Source: Candidatus Nitrospinota bacterium M3_3B_026 (lineage in GTDB: Bacteria > Nitrospinota_A > UBA7883 > JBPRGF01). Taken from it: a stretch of 64,000 bases of DNA. The stretch spans positions 55,427 through 119,426 of the forward strand of contig JBPRGF010000018.1 of the NCBI GenBank assembly GCA_051418015.1. Direction: 5' to 3'. The translations under genes were made by a program, and so were the position numbers. The notes under the pieces were generated by a model. The model did not search any database. It was not told the DNA's origin and saw only the letters and a program-made list of their open reading frames with translations. Positions 22,783 to 33,367 of this stretch are shown here, one piece after another (position 1 is the stretch's first letter; the number at the start of each line of letters is the position of its first letter).

Positions 22783-23511
22783 ATGCGCTACGCTCTTCTT
22801 TCCGACGCCCACTCCAACCTGGAGGCTTTCGACGCCGTGATAGCGGACGTGAAAAGCTACGGGGTGGACAGGGTGCTTTTCCTGGGGGACATCGTGGGAT
22901 ACGGCCCGAACCCCAACGAGTGCATCGACAGGCTCCTGAAGGTGGCGGACCTGTCGCTGGGCGGAAATCACGACTGGGCCGTCGTGGGCAAGACTCCGGT
23001 GGACTACTTCAACCCCTACGCCAGGGAGGCGGTGGACTGGACGATGGAGGTGTTGAGGGAGGACCACAAGGACTTCCTGAAAAGGACCCGCGCCATCGAT
23101 ATCTTCGACAACTTCCAGGTGGCCCACTCCACCCCCTGCCTGCCCGAAGAGTGGCGCTACATAATGTCCCAGACGGAGGCGATGGAAAATTACCCCTGCA
23201 TACAGGGGGACACCTGCTTCATCGGCCACTCCCATCAGCCGATTGTCATAGAATACGAGACCCAGACCAGCGTGAGGGTCCACCGGGACTCGTACAAGAT
23301 ACTCGATCACGACAGGAAATACATCGTGAACGTCGGCTCCGTGGGGCAGCCCAGGGACGGGGACGTGAGGGCCTGCTGGGTCGCGTACGACTCCGAGGTC
23401 GGCTCCGTGGAGTTCCGCCGCGTCCCCTACGACGTCGCCGCCGTCCAGGAGAAGATGCGGCGGATAGGCCTGCCCCGGTATCTTGTCGACAGGATCGCGG
23501 TGGGGCGGTGA
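22783..23511 (+). CDS. Calcineurin-like metallophosphoesterase
   Basis: SDAHSN, GDIVGYG, GNHD, GHSH, NVGSVGQPRDG. Confidence 0.88.
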   Translation: MRYALLSDAHSNLEAFDAVIADVKSYGVDRVLFLGDIVGYGPNPNECIDRLLKVADLSLGGNHDWAVVGKTPVDYFNPYAREAVDWTMEVLREDHKDFLKRTRAIDIFDNFQVAHSTPCLPEEWRYIMSQTEAMENYPCIQGDTCFIGHSHQPIVIEYETQTSVRVHRDSYKILDHDRKYIVNVGSVGQPRDGDVRACWVAYDSEVGSVEFRRVPYDVAAVQEKMRRIGLPRYLVDRIAVGR

Positions 23512-23530
23512 CGCGGCGGAGGAAAAAACC

Positions 23531-24586
23531 ATGCCCAGGATGAGCCCGTCGGTTTTCGCGAAGGCCCTCTCGAAGGCCGACTTCAGGCCCGAGCCGGTCT
23601 ACCTCGTCTACGGCTCCGAGCCGAGGCGCGTGGCGGACGCGGCGGCCAGGCTGAAAGACAAAATCCTGCCCTCGGCCGGGGGGGACAACTATTTCCGCTA
23701 CACCAGGCTCGGCGACGGCGTCGACGACCCCACGGCCGGGGACATTGTCGCGGCGCTCAACACCGTCTCCATGTTCGGCGGCGGCAAGCTGGTGTGGCTC
23801 GGCCCGCTGGAGTCCGTCAAAAAAGACGACGCGAAGACGCTGACCGAATACGTCAAAAACCCCGCCCCGGGCTCCACGCTGATCCTGACCTTCGCCGCGC
23901 CAAAAGGGGACAGAAAAGCCCTGGCCGCCTTCGAGAAGACCAGGCTGGCCAAAGAGGCCGAGGCCGCGTGGCCGGTGGTGAGGTTCACCCCGCCCAGGGG
24001 AGACGAGATTTTCAGGTGGGCCGAAGGCAGGCTCCGCGCAAGGGGAGCCGCCATAGACCGGCCCGCCCTGGAGCGGCTGATGGAGCTTTGCGGCCGCGAC
24101 CTGGACCGCCTCTCTGGAGAAGTGGAAAAACTCTCCAACTACGCGGACGACAGCGCAAAGATATCCCTCGACGACGTGGAGACGGCGGTGGGCGACCACC
24201 GGGAGGACAAGCTCTGGGACCTGACAAGGGCCTTCCGCCAAAGAGGCCGGAAAGCCGCCGCGGCGGCGCTTTCGAACCTGCTGGGGCAGAACCTGCCGAG
24301 CCAGCTTATCCTGAAAGTCCTCACCACCGAGCTTCTGCGGATGGCCGCCGCCGGGAGCCTGCGCGGCCGGGGGGAGCCTTTCGAGGCGTTCGCCGCCGCC
24401 GCGGGAGGGCCCGTTTTCCCTCTCCGCGAGGCGTGGGCGGACTGCGGCAAGTGGCCGCGGGAGGACATCCTGGACGGCCTGAGGCGGATCATGGCCGCGA
24501 ACATGACAATACTTGTGAAAGGCGCCCCGCCCGAGACGGTGCTGGCCGGCCTCGTGGCGGAGATGACAGGAGCCCGCCGGCGCTGA
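23531..24586 (+). CDS. holA: DNA polymerase III delta subunit
   Basis: PVYLVYG, SMFGG, EVEKL; convergent with rpsT as is usual for holA. Confidence 0.8.
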   Translation: MPRMSPSVFAKALSKADFRPEPVYLVYGSEPRRVADAAARLKDKILPSAGGDNYFRYTRLGDGVDDPTAGDIVAALNTVSMFGGGKLVWLGPLESVKKDDAKTLTEYVKNPAPGSTLILTFAAPKGDRKALAAFEKTRLAKEAEAAWPVVRFTPPRGDEIFRWAEGRLRARGAAIDRPALERLMELCGRDLDRLSGEVEKLSNYADDSAKISLDDVETAVGDHREDKLWDLTRAFRQRGRKAAAAALSNLLGQNLPSQLILKVLTTELLRMAAAGSLRGRGEPFEAFAAAAGGPVFPLREAWADCGKWPREDILDGLRRIMAANMTILVKGAPPETVLAGLVAEMTGARRR

Positions 24587-24620
24587 GCCGGGGCCGGGAG
24601 GAAACCGCCACCCGGCGGCT

Positions 24621-24884
24621 TCAACCCATCTTGTTTATCTGGGCGGCGAGGCGGGATATCCTGCGGGAGGCGTTGTTCTTCTTGAGGACCCCCTTGGACG
24701 CGGCGGAGTTCAGCCGGGACGCGGCCGCCCTCAGGGCCTTCTCGGCCTCCTCCTTGCTCCCGGACTCCACGGCCTCGCGGACGCGTTTCACCGCCGTGCG
24801 GGCGCGGGAGCGCTCGGCCATGTTGCGGGTGGTCCTCTTCTTGATCTGCCTTACCCTTTTTATGGCTGACTTGTGGTTCGGCAC
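24621..24884 (-). CDS. rpsT: 30S ribosomal protein S20
   Basis: MPNHKSAIKR...KGVLKKNNASRRISRL. Confidence 0.96.
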   Translation of the reverse strand: MPNHKSAIKRVRQIKKRTTRNMAERSRARTAVKRVREAVESGSKEEAEKALRAAASRLNSAASKGVLKKNNASRRISRLAAQINKMG

Positions 24885-24981
24885 CGTCTCAAAACCTCTC
24901 AGTTGAAAAATTAAACATTATGCTCCGCCCAGCCCGGCCAAGTCAACAGAAGAAATGGCCCGGCCCGCGCGTTCGGCTGGG

Positions 24982-25377
24982 CTACATCCAGCCCCTGTCC
25001 ATCGCGAAGATCATCGCGCCCGTCACGAGGGCGGCCGTCCACAGGACGGAGTAGACGCCGGCGAGGGGCATGTGCGCCCCCCTTTTGCCGGCCAGGCCGG
25101 TTATGGCAAGCAAAACCAGCCATGGCGGGATGAGATATATAATCGCCAGGTGGATGTTCATGATCCATTCCGGCGCGCCTCCCCCCATGGTGTAGCCGAG
25201 CCTCACAAGGACCACCACCGCCGCCGAGGCCACCCACGTGGACACCGCGTGGGCGCCGGCGATCTTTTTGTGTTTTTCCTTCTCCTGTTTCAGGGCCAGG
25301 ACGCCCGCCCACACGAAAAGCGCCGTCAGGATCGGCACGACCCCCTCGACGGCGTAAAGCAGCAGGTTGCTTTTCAC
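24982..25377 (-). CDS. DUF420/CtaM-like four-helix membrane protein
   Basis: GTG start overlaps the SCO stop (GTGA); four hydrophobic helices with His residues (HKK, IH, AHM) and LW...VTG. Confidence 0.55.
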   Translation of the reverse strand: MKSNLLLYAVEGVVPILTALFVWAGVLALKQEKEKHKKIAGAHAVSTWVASAAVVVLVRLGYTMGGGAPEWIMNIHLAIIYLIPPWLVLLAITGLAGKRGAHMPLAGVYSVLWTAALVTGAMIFAMDRGWM

Positions 25378-26078
25378 TTCTCCTCCTTTTCGATGTCGCG
25401 GGCCGCGGCGGCGTATTCCTCCTTCGCCCGCTCGATGGGCCGCAGCAGCTGTTCGTCGGAATACGACGGGCCCATGACCTGTTCGTGGACGAAACCGCCC
25501 GGCGCCACGATGGTCACTCCCACCGTGTGCCTCCACATCATCCCCTGCGGCTCGTAGATTATCCCCAGCCTGTCGGCGAGGGCTTTTATCGTTTCGGGGT
25601 CGCCGGTCACGAATTTCCAGCTCTCGAAGCTGTCGGTGAAACCCTCTCCGTAGCGGCGCAGGGCCTCGACGGTGTCGTTCTCGACGTCGAAGCCGACGCT
25701 CACGATCCTGAAGTCCTTTCCGAGTCTCTCCTCGTTGTCCCGGGCGAACCGGGAGAGACTCGACGTGATGGCGGGGCAGACGTCCTGGCAGGAGGTGAAG
25801 ATGTAGGAGACGATCAACGGTTTGTCATACCATTCGCCGAGATCGAACCGTCCGCCGTCCTGGCCGGTGAAGACGTATGAGGGCGAAAGCCTGTTCCCGA
25901 CGGCTTTTCGGGCGATCTTGAAGGGGGAGGCCATCTCCTGCCCGGCGGGCGGCTTCGGCGGCTCAGGCGGCGGGAACATGGCCTTCAACGCCGCCCGGAC
26001 GGCGAAGGCCACCGTGACGATGATGATCAGGGATCCTATGTATCTTAAAACTTTCAACCTGACATTGGTCTCGCTCAT
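25374..26078 (-). CDS. SCO1/SenC family copper chaperone
   Basis: N-terminal TM anchor, FTSCQDVCP (CxxxC), distal His (RHT). Confidence 0.88.
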   Translation of the reverse strand: MSETNVRLKVLRYIGSLIIIVTVAFAVRAALKAMFPPPEPPKPPAGQEMASPFKIARKAVGNRLSPSYVFTGQDGGRFDLGEWYDKPLIVSYIFTSCQDVCPAITSSLSRFARDNEERLGKDFRIVSVGFDVENDTVEALRRYGEGFTDSFESWKFVTGDPETIKALADRLGIIYEPQGMMWRHTVGVTIVAPGGFVHEQVMGPSYSDEQLLRPIERAKEEYAAAARDIEKEEK

Positions 26079-26088
26079 GACTTCAGCC

Positions 26089-26703
26089 TCAAAGGTCCTT
26101 CAGCGTCACTTTCCTGTTTTTCGTTTTCAGCCTCTCGGCGGCTATGATGGCCGCAAGCTCGTCCACGGCCCTCTCCAGGACGTCGTTGACGACGTTGTAG
26201 TCGTAGTCCGGCGCGCGCTTTATCTCCGCCCGGGCGTTTTCCAGCCGGACGCGCAACGCCTCGGCGGACTCGCCCCCCCTGCCGGAGAGCCGCCGCTCGA
26301 GCTCGGCCATGGACGGCGGCAGGAGGAAGATCGGCGCCACGTTCAGGCCCGTCCCCCGCAGCGCGTCGGCGCCCTGGGTGTCGATGTCCAGCAGCAGGTC
26401 GCGCCGCCGCGCAAGCTCCTCTTTTATCATCGTTTTCGACGTGCCGTACCGGGCGGTGTGCACCTTCGCCCACTCCAGGAACTCGCCGCGCTCGATCATT
26501 CCGTCGAAGGTTTTGTCGTCGACGAAGTGGTAGTCCCTGCCGTCGGCCTCGCCCTCGCGGGGCTTTCTCGTGGTGTGGGATACGGACATGGAAAGGTCCG
26601 GCAGGCGCTCGAGGAGCAGGGCGGCCGCGGTCGTCTTCCCCGCGCCGGAGGGGGCGGAGAGGACGAAGAGTATCCCCTCGCGTTCGATGGAGTATCCGCT
26701 CAT
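26089..26703 (-). CDS. gmk: Guanylate kinase
   Basis: SAPSGAGKTT, SHTTRKPREGEADGRDYHF, DIDTQG. Confidence 0.96.
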   Translation of the reverse strand: MSGYSIEREGILFVLSAPSGAGKTTAAALLLERLPDLSMSVSHTTRKPREGEADGRDYHFVDDKTFDGMIERGEFLEWAKVHTARYGTSKTMIKEELARRRDLLLDIDTQGADALRGTGLNVAPIFLLPPSMAELERRLSGRGGESAEALRVRLENARAEIKRAPDYDYNVVNDVLERAVDELAAIIAAERLKTKNRKVTLKDL

Positions 26704-27581
26704 TCGATGTTCTGCGCCTGCTCCCTTATCTTCTCCACCTCGCTTTTGATTTCCACCACGAGGTTGGTCGCCTCCGGCGAGGCGCTTTTTGAGCCTATGG
26801 TGTTCGCCTCGCGGTTTATCTCCTGGGTGAAAAACTCCAGCTTGCGTCCGACCGGCTCCTCCAGGGCCAGGAGCCCCCCCATCTGGGCGAGATGGCTTTT
26901 CAGGCGGTCGATCTCCTCCGACACGTCGAGCTTGTCCGCCAGGATGGCGGCCTCCTGGATGAGCCTGTTTTCGTCCAGGCCGGTGTCCCCGGCCAGCCTA
27001 TCCACCTTCGCTTTCAGCTTGTCGAAGCGCTCGCCGGGGACTTTGGTGTTCTCCGCCTCGATCCTTTCCACGAGGGCGGCGATGGCGGAGAGCCTGCCCT
27101 GTATGTCCCGCGCCGCTATAGCGCCCTCGACGGCCCTGGCCTGCTCCACCTGGCCCAGCGCGCCAGCGAGGGCGGTCTTCAGGACGGGGCCTATGGCGTC
27201 GGCCGAAAGCTCCTGGCCGGAGACGCTGAAAAGGTCCTTTATCTGCAAAAGCTCGCCGAAGGCGGGGGGGGAGGGTACATCGAACCTGTTGGAAAGCTCC
27301 ACCGCGGCCTTCATGTAGCCCGCCAGCAGCGGTTCGTTGACGGTCACGCTCACGGCGTCGTCCCCACCCTCCCGGGAGACGGTCACGGATACCTCGAAAT
27401 ACCCCCGGGTGAATCTCTCCTTCACCGCTTTCCTGACAAGCTCCTCGACGGGGAGTATCCTGCCCGTGGACTTTACGTTCACCTCCATGAAGCGGTGGTT
27501 GACGCTTCTGGCCTCGACGGTGACCTTGAGCCCCTCCGTCTCCTCCTCGGCCCGGCCATAGCCGGTCATGGAGAGCGCCAT
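26700..27581 (-). CDS. yicC: YicC/YloC family endoribonuclease
   Basis: SMTGYG, RSVNHR, GRKLEF, REANTIGSK, IREQAQNIE. Confidence 0.93.
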   Translation of the reverse strand: MALSMTGYGRAEEETEGLKVTVEARSVNHRFMEVNVKSTGRILPVEELVRKAVKERFTRGYFEVSVTVSREGGDDAVSVTVNEPLLAGYMKAAVELSNRFDVPSPPAFGELLQIKDLFSVSGQELSADAIGPVLKTALAGALGQVEQARAVEGAIAARDIQGRLSAIAALVERIEAENTKVPGERFDKLKAKVDRLAGDTGLDENRLIQEAAILADKLDVSEEIDRLKSHLAQMGGLLALEEPVGRKLEFFTQEINREANTIGSKSASPEATNLVVEIKSEVEKIREQAQNIE

Positions 27582-27583
27582 GG

Positions 27584-27985
27584 TTATATCGAGACGGGGT
27601 TCCAGGCAAGGTGGGCGATCATCTCTATCTCCACCAGCGCGCCCTTGGGAAGGGCGGCCACCTGGACCGCGCTCCTGGCGGGGGGATGGTCGGTGAAACA
27701 GCCTGAGTATATCTCGTTGACTTTGGGGTAGTCGTTCATGTCGGCGAGGTAGATCACGCTCTTGACCACGTTCTCGAAGTTGGCCCCGGCCTCGCCGAGC
27801 ACCGCCTCGAGGTTCATCAGCGCCCGCCTGGCCTGGGGCTCGACTCCCCCTTCCACGAGCTCGCCGGTGGAAGGGTCCAGCCCTATCTGCCCGGAGGCGT
27901 ACACCATGTCCCCCACGACCACCGCCTGCGAGTATGGGCCTATGGCGGCGGGGGCGTTGTTCGTGCTTATTATCTTCTTTTCCAT
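27584..27985 (-). CDS. ridA: RidA family enamine/imine deaminase
   Basis: APAAIGPYSQA, SGQIG, PARSAVQVAALPKG. Confidence 0.92.
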   Translation of the reverse strand: MEKKIISTNNAPAAIGPYSQAVVVGDMVYASGQIGLDPSTGELVEGGVEPQARRALMNLEAVLGEAGANFENVVKSVIYLADMNDYPKVNEIYSGCFTDHPPARSAVQVAALPKGALVEIEMIAHLAWNPVSI

Positions 27986-28129
27986 GAGCAAGATATTGTA
28001 GCGCAAAGACGGTTTAAGGCAAAATGGATGAAAATTTCGGCGGCGGCCGGTTTGAATGTTTTCCGAGAAGGAGCTTGATTTGCTCTCAAACCGTCCCACC
28101 GCCGGAAAACTCAGCTTCCCGGGGGGCCT

Positions 28130-28696
28130 TTGAGAACCTTTCGAGCGAAGGAAAACGCCGTGCGGCGCCGGGCCTGGGGGGCGCTTGCGGCTTACGCGCT
28201 TTTCATATACGTTTCCCTGCCCTTCGCCAGGACGATCTCCGAGCAACTCAGCGAGCGGGGCGTTCTGACATTCGCCGTGTACCTTGCCGCCGCCGCGGCG
28301 CTGGCGGCGTACATCGCGTTCAACGCAAGGCTTCTTCTCCTGTGGCGGCCCGTTTCCCTGGTCATGCTCGCCTGCCTGGCGGCGCTCTTCGCGGTGTTCA
28401 TGCTTTATCTTGACGTCCCGGCGGAGCGGTTTCACCTGGTGGAGTATTCGGTCATGGGGTGGCTTGCCCACAGGGCCGCGAGGACGACCTTCGACGGCTG
28501 GCGGGTCTTCGCGGCGGCGTTTTTCGTGACGGCCCTGGCCGGCCTGGTAGACGAGGTCATACAGCTCGCTCTCCCGCGGAGGGTGTATGATTGGCGGGAT
28601 GTCTTCTTCAACGGCGCGGGGGGCGTCTTCGGGCTGCTTTTCGTCTGGCTGGCGGACCGCGAGCGGAGGAGGATTTTCGGGGAGGCGGGAAAGTGA
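28130..28696 (+). CDS. VanZ-like membrane protein
   Basis: ERFHLVEY, DEVIQ..LPRRV.DWRDV..N; start uncertain. Confidence 0.7.
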   Translation: MRTFRAKENAVRRRAWGALAAYALFIYVSLPFARTISEQLSERGVLTFAVYLAAAAALAAYIAFNARLLLLWRPVSLVMLACLAALFAVFMLYLDVPAERFHLVEYSVMGWLAHRAARTTFDGWRVFAAAFFVTALAGLVDEVIQLALPRRVYDWRDVFFNGAGGVFGLLFVWLADRERRRIFGEAGK

Positions 28697-29541
28697 GTCT
28701 TCTGAAGAGCATCTCCATCGCGCTCATTCTTATCCTGGCGGCTCCCGCCAGCGCAGCCGAAAAACTTTCGATAAGGTTTCTCGACGCGGGGGAGGGGGAC
28801 TCCATCCTGATAGCGGCCCCCGGCGGCCAGACGGCGCTGGTGGACACCGGCAACCTCATCTCCGGCCATGACGTCACCGAGAGGCTGATCGGGCTCGGCG
28901 TGGACAAGATAGACCATCTTATCCTCACCCATCCGCACATGGACCACGTGGGGGGCGTTTTCCACGTGATGCGGCGGATCGAGACGGCAAGGGTCTATGA
29001 CAACGGAGAAAACCTTTCGGAGCTTGCGGCCTCGTCGGACTTCTACCGCTGGTATGGCGGCCTTGTCAGGGAGAGCGGGCGCTACGCCGTGCTGAGGGCG
29101 GGGGATTTTATCGGCATGGGGGATGTCAGGCTGAAAATCCTGTGGCCTCCGGAAAAGCTTTTCTCACCGGCGTTGAATCCCGATTCGATGGTCATTCTCG
29201 TGGAATACGGAAAATTCCGCGCCCTCCTGGCGGGCGATCTTGTGACAGAGGGGGAGGAGGGGCTGATGGGAACCGGAGCCGATCTTGCCGCCGATGTCCT
29301 GAAAGTGGGGCATCACGGCTCCATTCACGCAAGCTCCGGGAAGTTTCTGAAAGCCGTCTTGCCCTCCGTGGCGGTGATAAGCGTCGACGAGGGCAACGTC
29401 AGGGGCTACCCCTCCGGAGAGGTCATGGAACGCCTGCGCGGCATTGGCGCGAAAGTCCACCGGACCGGCAGGGACGGCGAGATTTTCGTCTCCGCCGGCC
29501 CGGACGGGGTGATGGAGGTCAAAACCCTCCGTGTCCCCTGA
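28693..29541 (+). CDS. Exported ComEC/Rec2-type metallo-beta-lactamase fold protein
   Basis: Signal peptide (ASA), DAGEGDSILI, DTG, THPHMDHVGG, GD, KVGHHGS. Confidence 0.8.
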   Translation: MSLLKSISIALILILAAPASAAEKLSIRFLDAGEGDSILIAAPGGQTALVDTGNLISGHDVTERLIGLGVDKIDHLILTHPHMDHVGGVFHVMRRIETARVYDNGENLSELAASSDFYRWYGGLVRESGRYAVLRAGDFIGMGDVRLKILWPPEKLFSPALNPDSMVILVEYGKFRALLAGDLVTEGEEGLMGTGADLAADVLKVGHHGSIHASSGKFLKAVLPSVAVISVDEGNVRGYPSGEVMERLRGIGAKVHRTGRDGEIFVSAGPDGVMEVKTLRVP

Positions 29542-29568
29542 AAAAAAGCCGCCGAGGCGGCCCCGGGC

Positions 29569-30669
29569 TTAGCGCCTTCCGCCGCCCCCTCTGCGCGGTT
29601 TGAACCCCTTGCCGCGCCTTGCGGGAGGTTTGCCGCGGGAGGCCGCGCCGGAGGGGTGGATCACCACTCTCCTTCGCGCTCCTTCCCCCTCCGATCTTGT
29701 CTCCACCCTGGGGTCGTCCGCCAGGGCCAGGTGCACAAGCCTTCGCTCCGCCGGGTTCATCGGCGCCAGGGGGTAGGGGCGCCTTGTCCTGACGGCGTCG
29801 TCGGCGGCTCTTTTGGCCTTCTGGAACACGGCCAGCTTGCGTTTTTCCCTGTAGTTCTCCGCGTCCAGGACGACCCTCACCCTGTGTTCGAGCTGGCGGT
29901 TGATGATTATGTCGAGCAGGTACTGCATAGCCTCCAGCGTCTCGCCTTTCCTGCCGATGAGCAGACCGCCGCTGTCGCTTTTGATCTGGATCATCAGCCG
30001 GTCGGCCAGCCTGTAGCCCCTCGTTTCCCCGTCTATGCCCATGTCCTCGAGGATCTGCTGGATGAACTCCACCGCCTTGCGCCTTGTCTCCTCGGAGACG
30101 GGGGAGTCCTCCGCGTCCTCGAAAACCGGCGGGACGAACTCCTCTTCTCTCTCTTCTTCTTCCTCCTCCCGTGGCCGCGCCGGAGCCCGCTTTTCCATAA
30201 CCTTTGGCGCGGCGGCCTCCTCTTCGGTGAAAGGCTCGGGGTTGTAAAGCCTTCTGCCGTACCCGCGCCCTTTGCGGGGGATGACCACTCCCGCGGGGCC
30301 TTCATTCACCCACGGGCGGAATTTGCTGTCCATGGTGACGACTTCGTCCGGCGGCGTCTCGGGAGCGGCTGGCCGCTCCGGCGCCTCCTCCGGCGCTTCG
30401 GCCGCCTCTTCCTCAGGCTCGGGGGTGTACTCCTCTTGCTCTATCTCCTCCCCCTGCCCGTAATGCTCCATGGCCGCCTCCTCCGGCTCCTGGGCGCTCT
30501 CCTTCAACCTGGCCCTGATCTTGTAAGTCTTCCCCCCCATCCCGAGGAACTTGCGCGTCACTTTCATCTCCTGGATCTCGAGGCCGTCCAGGCTCTCCAC
30601 GCCCAAAAGCCTCATAGCCTCGGCCTCGGCCTCTTCCTTCGTGGCTTTTTCTATTTCTACCCAGTCCAT
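29569..30669 (-). CDS. jag: Jag/EloR (KhpB) RNA-binding protein
   Basis: Jag_N (KFLGMG), KH (LIGRKGETL), R3H (ERRLVHLAL); long acidic linker; follows yidC. Confidence 0.9.
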   Translation of the reverse strand: MDWVEIEKATKEEAEAEAMRLLGVESLDGLEIQEMKVTRKFLGMGGKTYKIRARLKESAQEPEEAAMEHYGQGEEIEQEEYTPEPEEEAAEAPEEAPERPAAPETPPDEVVTMDSKFRPWVNEGPAGVVIPRKGRGYGRRLYNPEPFTEEEAAAPKVMEKRAPARPREEEEEEREEEFVPPVFEDAEDSPVSEETRRKAVEFIQQILEDMGIDGETRGYRLADRLMIQIKSDSGGLLIGRKGETLEAMQYLLDIIINRQLEHRVRVVLDAENYREKRKLAVFQKAKRAADDAVRTRRPYPLAPMNPAERRLVHLALADDPRVETRSEGEGARRRVVIHPSGAASRGKPPARRGKGFKPRRGGGGRR

Positions 30670-30681
30670 AGTCCGTTCACC

Positions 30682-32415
30682 TCAAGTGGCTTCTTTATCA
30701 CGATAGATAACCCACTGCTGCCCTATGGTCAGTATGTTGTTCACCAGCCAGTAGATCACCAGCCCCGACGGGAACGTCAGGAACAGGAAGGTGAACACGA
30801 AGGGCAGGGCCATCATTATTTTCCTCTGCGTCGGGTCGCCGGTCTTCGGCGTCATGAGCTGCTGGGCGAGCATACTCGCGCCCATGAGCACGGGAGTCAC
30901 ATAATAGGGGTCGTGCTTGGAAAGGTCTTTTATCCACAATATCCATCCCGCTCCTTTCATCTCTATGGACTCCAGGAGCACCTTGTACAGGGCGAAGAAG
31001 ATGGGTATCTGCAGTATCATCGGCAGGCAACCGCCGAGGGGGTTGACCCTGTGCTCCCGGTAGAGGTTCATCAGCTCGCGGTTCAGGCGCTCCTTGTCGT
31101 CCTTGTAGGTCTCCTGGATCTTTTTCATGTGCGGCTGGAGTTTCTGAAGCTTTTGCATCGACTTGAACCCCTTCTGCGTCAGGGGGAAGAACAGAAGCTT
31201 CATCAGCACCGTGAGCGCTATTATCGACCAGCCCCAGTTGTCGAGGACCTTGTGAAAATAGTTCATCACCCAGAACAGCGGCTTGGCGATGAAGTCGAAC
31301 CAGCCGTAGTCGATGATGGAGTACATGCCGTTCGTGTATTCGCCGAGGGTCCTGTGCTCCTTGGGCCCGGCGTATATCTCGAACCGCTCCGGGGCGCCGT
31401 CGATGGTGGCCTTCGCCGCCCATTCAAGCGAATAGACCGCGCTGGTCACGTAGCGCGCCGTCACGGCCCCGGGCCGGGGAGGCTCGGGCGCGAGCGCGGC
31501 GGTGTAGTACCTGTTGACCAGCGCCGCCCACGGGACCTCGCCCTTGTATGTCCTCTTCGGCTCGTCCTCCTCCGGGGCCTCGGCCACCCTCTCGCCGTTG
31601 GCCATGACTATGGGGCCGGTGTAGGACAGCTGGCCCGCCTTCTGGTCACCCTTCTCCTCTCCCAGGCCGAACCAGACGATGGAGTAGTCGAACTTTCCCC
31701 ACCGGGGGGCCGATTTCACGCTGACGGAGAAGTCGAACCTGTAGGCGCCGGGGTGGAAGGTGTACGTCTTGGTTATGACCACGCCGGAGTCGTCCGCAAG
31801 CTCGAAGGTTATGGAGCGCGGCGGGGAGCCTTTCCCCAGGACGATCTCGTCCTGGACCTCCGGAGTTTTGAAGTACGACTTGTTTATCTTGCGGGAAAAG
31901 GAGTCCTTGGGGAACCTGAGCCCCAGGGTGGGATGGATCCGCGCTCCCTCCAGCATGTCCGCCGCGTTTTCCCCCATCATCTCGAGGTGTTCGGCCAGGT
32001 TGAAGATTATGTCCACCTTGCCGCTGGCGACGTCGTCGTACTCCTTGAGCTTGTAGCTCACCGGCACGGCGCCTTTGTTCGATAGGGTGACCAGGGTCAA
32101 CCCGGTGTCAACGCGGATGAGCCTCTCGGCGCCGGCGGGGGCCGAATAGGCGGTCTCTTTCTCCCCGGGCAATGGGGCTGCGGCGGGCTCTGTTTCCCCG
32201 GCGGGGAGGGCGGCCCGCCCTGTCTCCGGCCCGGCCGTTTTCCCGGCGGTGGCCGTTTTCGCCTCTGGCTCTTCGGCCCGTTCTTCTTGAGCCTGTTCGG
32301 TCTGGACGGCCTGCGGCTCCAGGTACTCCCCGAACCTCCACTGGTAATAGAAGTTATAGAGAAGGACCAGCAACATCGCGGAGGCGAAGGCCAGTAAGAA
32401 GTTGCGGTCTATCAT
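30682..32415 (-). CDS. yidC: Membrane protein insertase YidC
   Basis: [33 protein letters not shown]. Confidence 0.96.
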   Translation of the reverse strand: MIDRNFLLAFASAMLLVLLYNFYYQWRFGEYLEPQAVQTEQAQEERAEEPEAKTATAGKTAGPETGRAALPAGETEPAAAPLPGEKETAYSAPAGAERLIRVDTGLTLVTLSNKGAVPVSYKLKEYDDVASGKVDIIFNLAEHLEMMGENAADMLEGARIHPTLGLRFPKDSFSRKINKSYFKTPEVQDEIVLGKGSPPRSITFELADDSGVVITKTYTFHPGAYRFDFSVSVKSAPRWGKFDYSIVWFGLGEEKGDQKAGQLSYTGPIVMANGERVAEAPEEDEPKRTYKGEVPWAALVNRYYTAALAPEPPRPGAVTARYVTSAVYSLEWAAKATIDGAPERFEIYAGPKEHRTLGEYTNGMYSIIDYGWFDFIAKPLFWVMNYFHKVLDNWGWSIIALTVLMKLLFFPLTQKGFKSMQKLQKLQPHMKKIQETYKDDKERLNRELMNLYREHRVNPLGGCLPMILQIPIFFALYKVLLESIEMKGAGWILWIKDLSKHDPYYVTPVLMGASMLAQQLMTPKTGDPTQRKIMMALPFVFTFLFLTFPSGLVIYWLVNNILTIGQQWVIYRDKEAT

Positions 32416-32624
32416 GGGACCGGATCGTATCCCCCCCGGCAGAACGGATTGCACCGGAGCAGTCTTCTGACGGCGAGCCACAGGCCCCTGAAGGCGCCGT
32501 GTTTTTCAACCGCTTCGGCGGCGTAGCTCGAGCACGTGGGGTGAAACCTGCACGAAGGAGGCAGGACCGGCGACACTAGGAGGCTGTAAAGCCTTATCGG
32601 GAAGATGAATATCTTTCTTATCAT
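32412..32624 (-). CDS. yidD: Membrane protein insertion efficiency factor
   Basis: [22 protein letters not shown]. Confidence 0.95.
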   Translation of the reverse strand: MIRKIFIFPIRLYSLLVSPVLPPSCRFHPTCSSYAAEAVEKHGAFRGLWLAVRRLLRCNPFCRGGYDPVP

Positions 32625-32627
32625 GCC

Positions 32628-32972
32628 TCAACCGCGCGGCCCCGCAAGCCGGCGCGCGAACCTCAGGAACTCCCCCTCCGCCTCGTGAAAAGAGATGGGA
32701 GCGCCCTTCGGAAATACACGGACCACGATGTCTATGCCGACGCCCAGCCTGTTTTTGTTCAACCTGAAAACCTCTCGCAGAACACGCCTTGTTCTATTGC
32801 GAACCACGGCTTTGCCCACCTTCCGGGAGACGACAAGTCCAAGACGCGGCCAATCAAGACCGTTGGGAAGATATATAAACTCCATTCGCCCGCCGCGAAA
32901 GCGCTTTCCCCCCTTGAAGACGCGCTCGAACTCGTTTTTTTTTAGTAGCTTGTCTCTTCGGCCGAGCGCCAA
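32628..32972 (-). CDS. rnpA: Ribonuclease P protein component
   Basis: RLGLVVSRKVGKAVVRNR; TTG start proposed at 32972 because the ORF-track extension overlaps rpmH. Confidence 0.9.
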   Translation of the reverse strand: MALGRRDKLLKKNEFERVFKGGKRFRGGRMEFIYLPNGLDWPRLGLVVSRKVGKAVVRNRTRRVLREVFRLNKNRLGVGIDIVVRVFPKGAPISFHEAEGEFLRFARRLAGPRG

Positions 32973-32983
32973 GGCGGGGGGTT

Positions 32984-33118
32984 TTAAACCGTCAGCCTCT
33001 TCCTCCCTTTCGCCCTTCTCCGCTTCAGGACCCGTCTTCCCCACCTTGTTTTCATGCGGGCCATGAAGCCGTGTCTCCTTTTGCGGCGGGTGTTGCTCGG
33101 CTGGTATGTGCGCTTCAC
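32984..33118 (-). CDS. rpmH: 50S ribosomal protein L34
   Basis: Manual translation from [47 protein letters not shown]. Confidence 0.95.
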   Translation of the reverse strand: MKRTYQPSNTRRKRRHGFMARMKTRWGRRVLKRRRAKGRKRLTV

Positions 33119-33367
33119 TATTCTTCTCCTTCACGGAAGATATTTTCGCAAAATCAAAAGGAAAAGTTTATTTAAAAAATCATGCCCCGTCAAGGCCAAT
33201 AAAAACATGGCAGTGGGCCGGTTTGTCATTCCGGCCCGCGGGAGGATGCCGCCGGGCTTCAAAACCGGGCAGGCGGGACGGGCGCCGAACAACGCGCCGG
33301 GGCGCGTTTTCCCCGGTGAAAGACAGCCGCCCCGCTCCCCGCTGGGAGCGCGGTTTCAAGGCGCTTC

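Noticed and set aside
32973..33134. N-terminally extended RnpA in the ORF track
   Set aside because: The extension is an alternate frame of rpmH.
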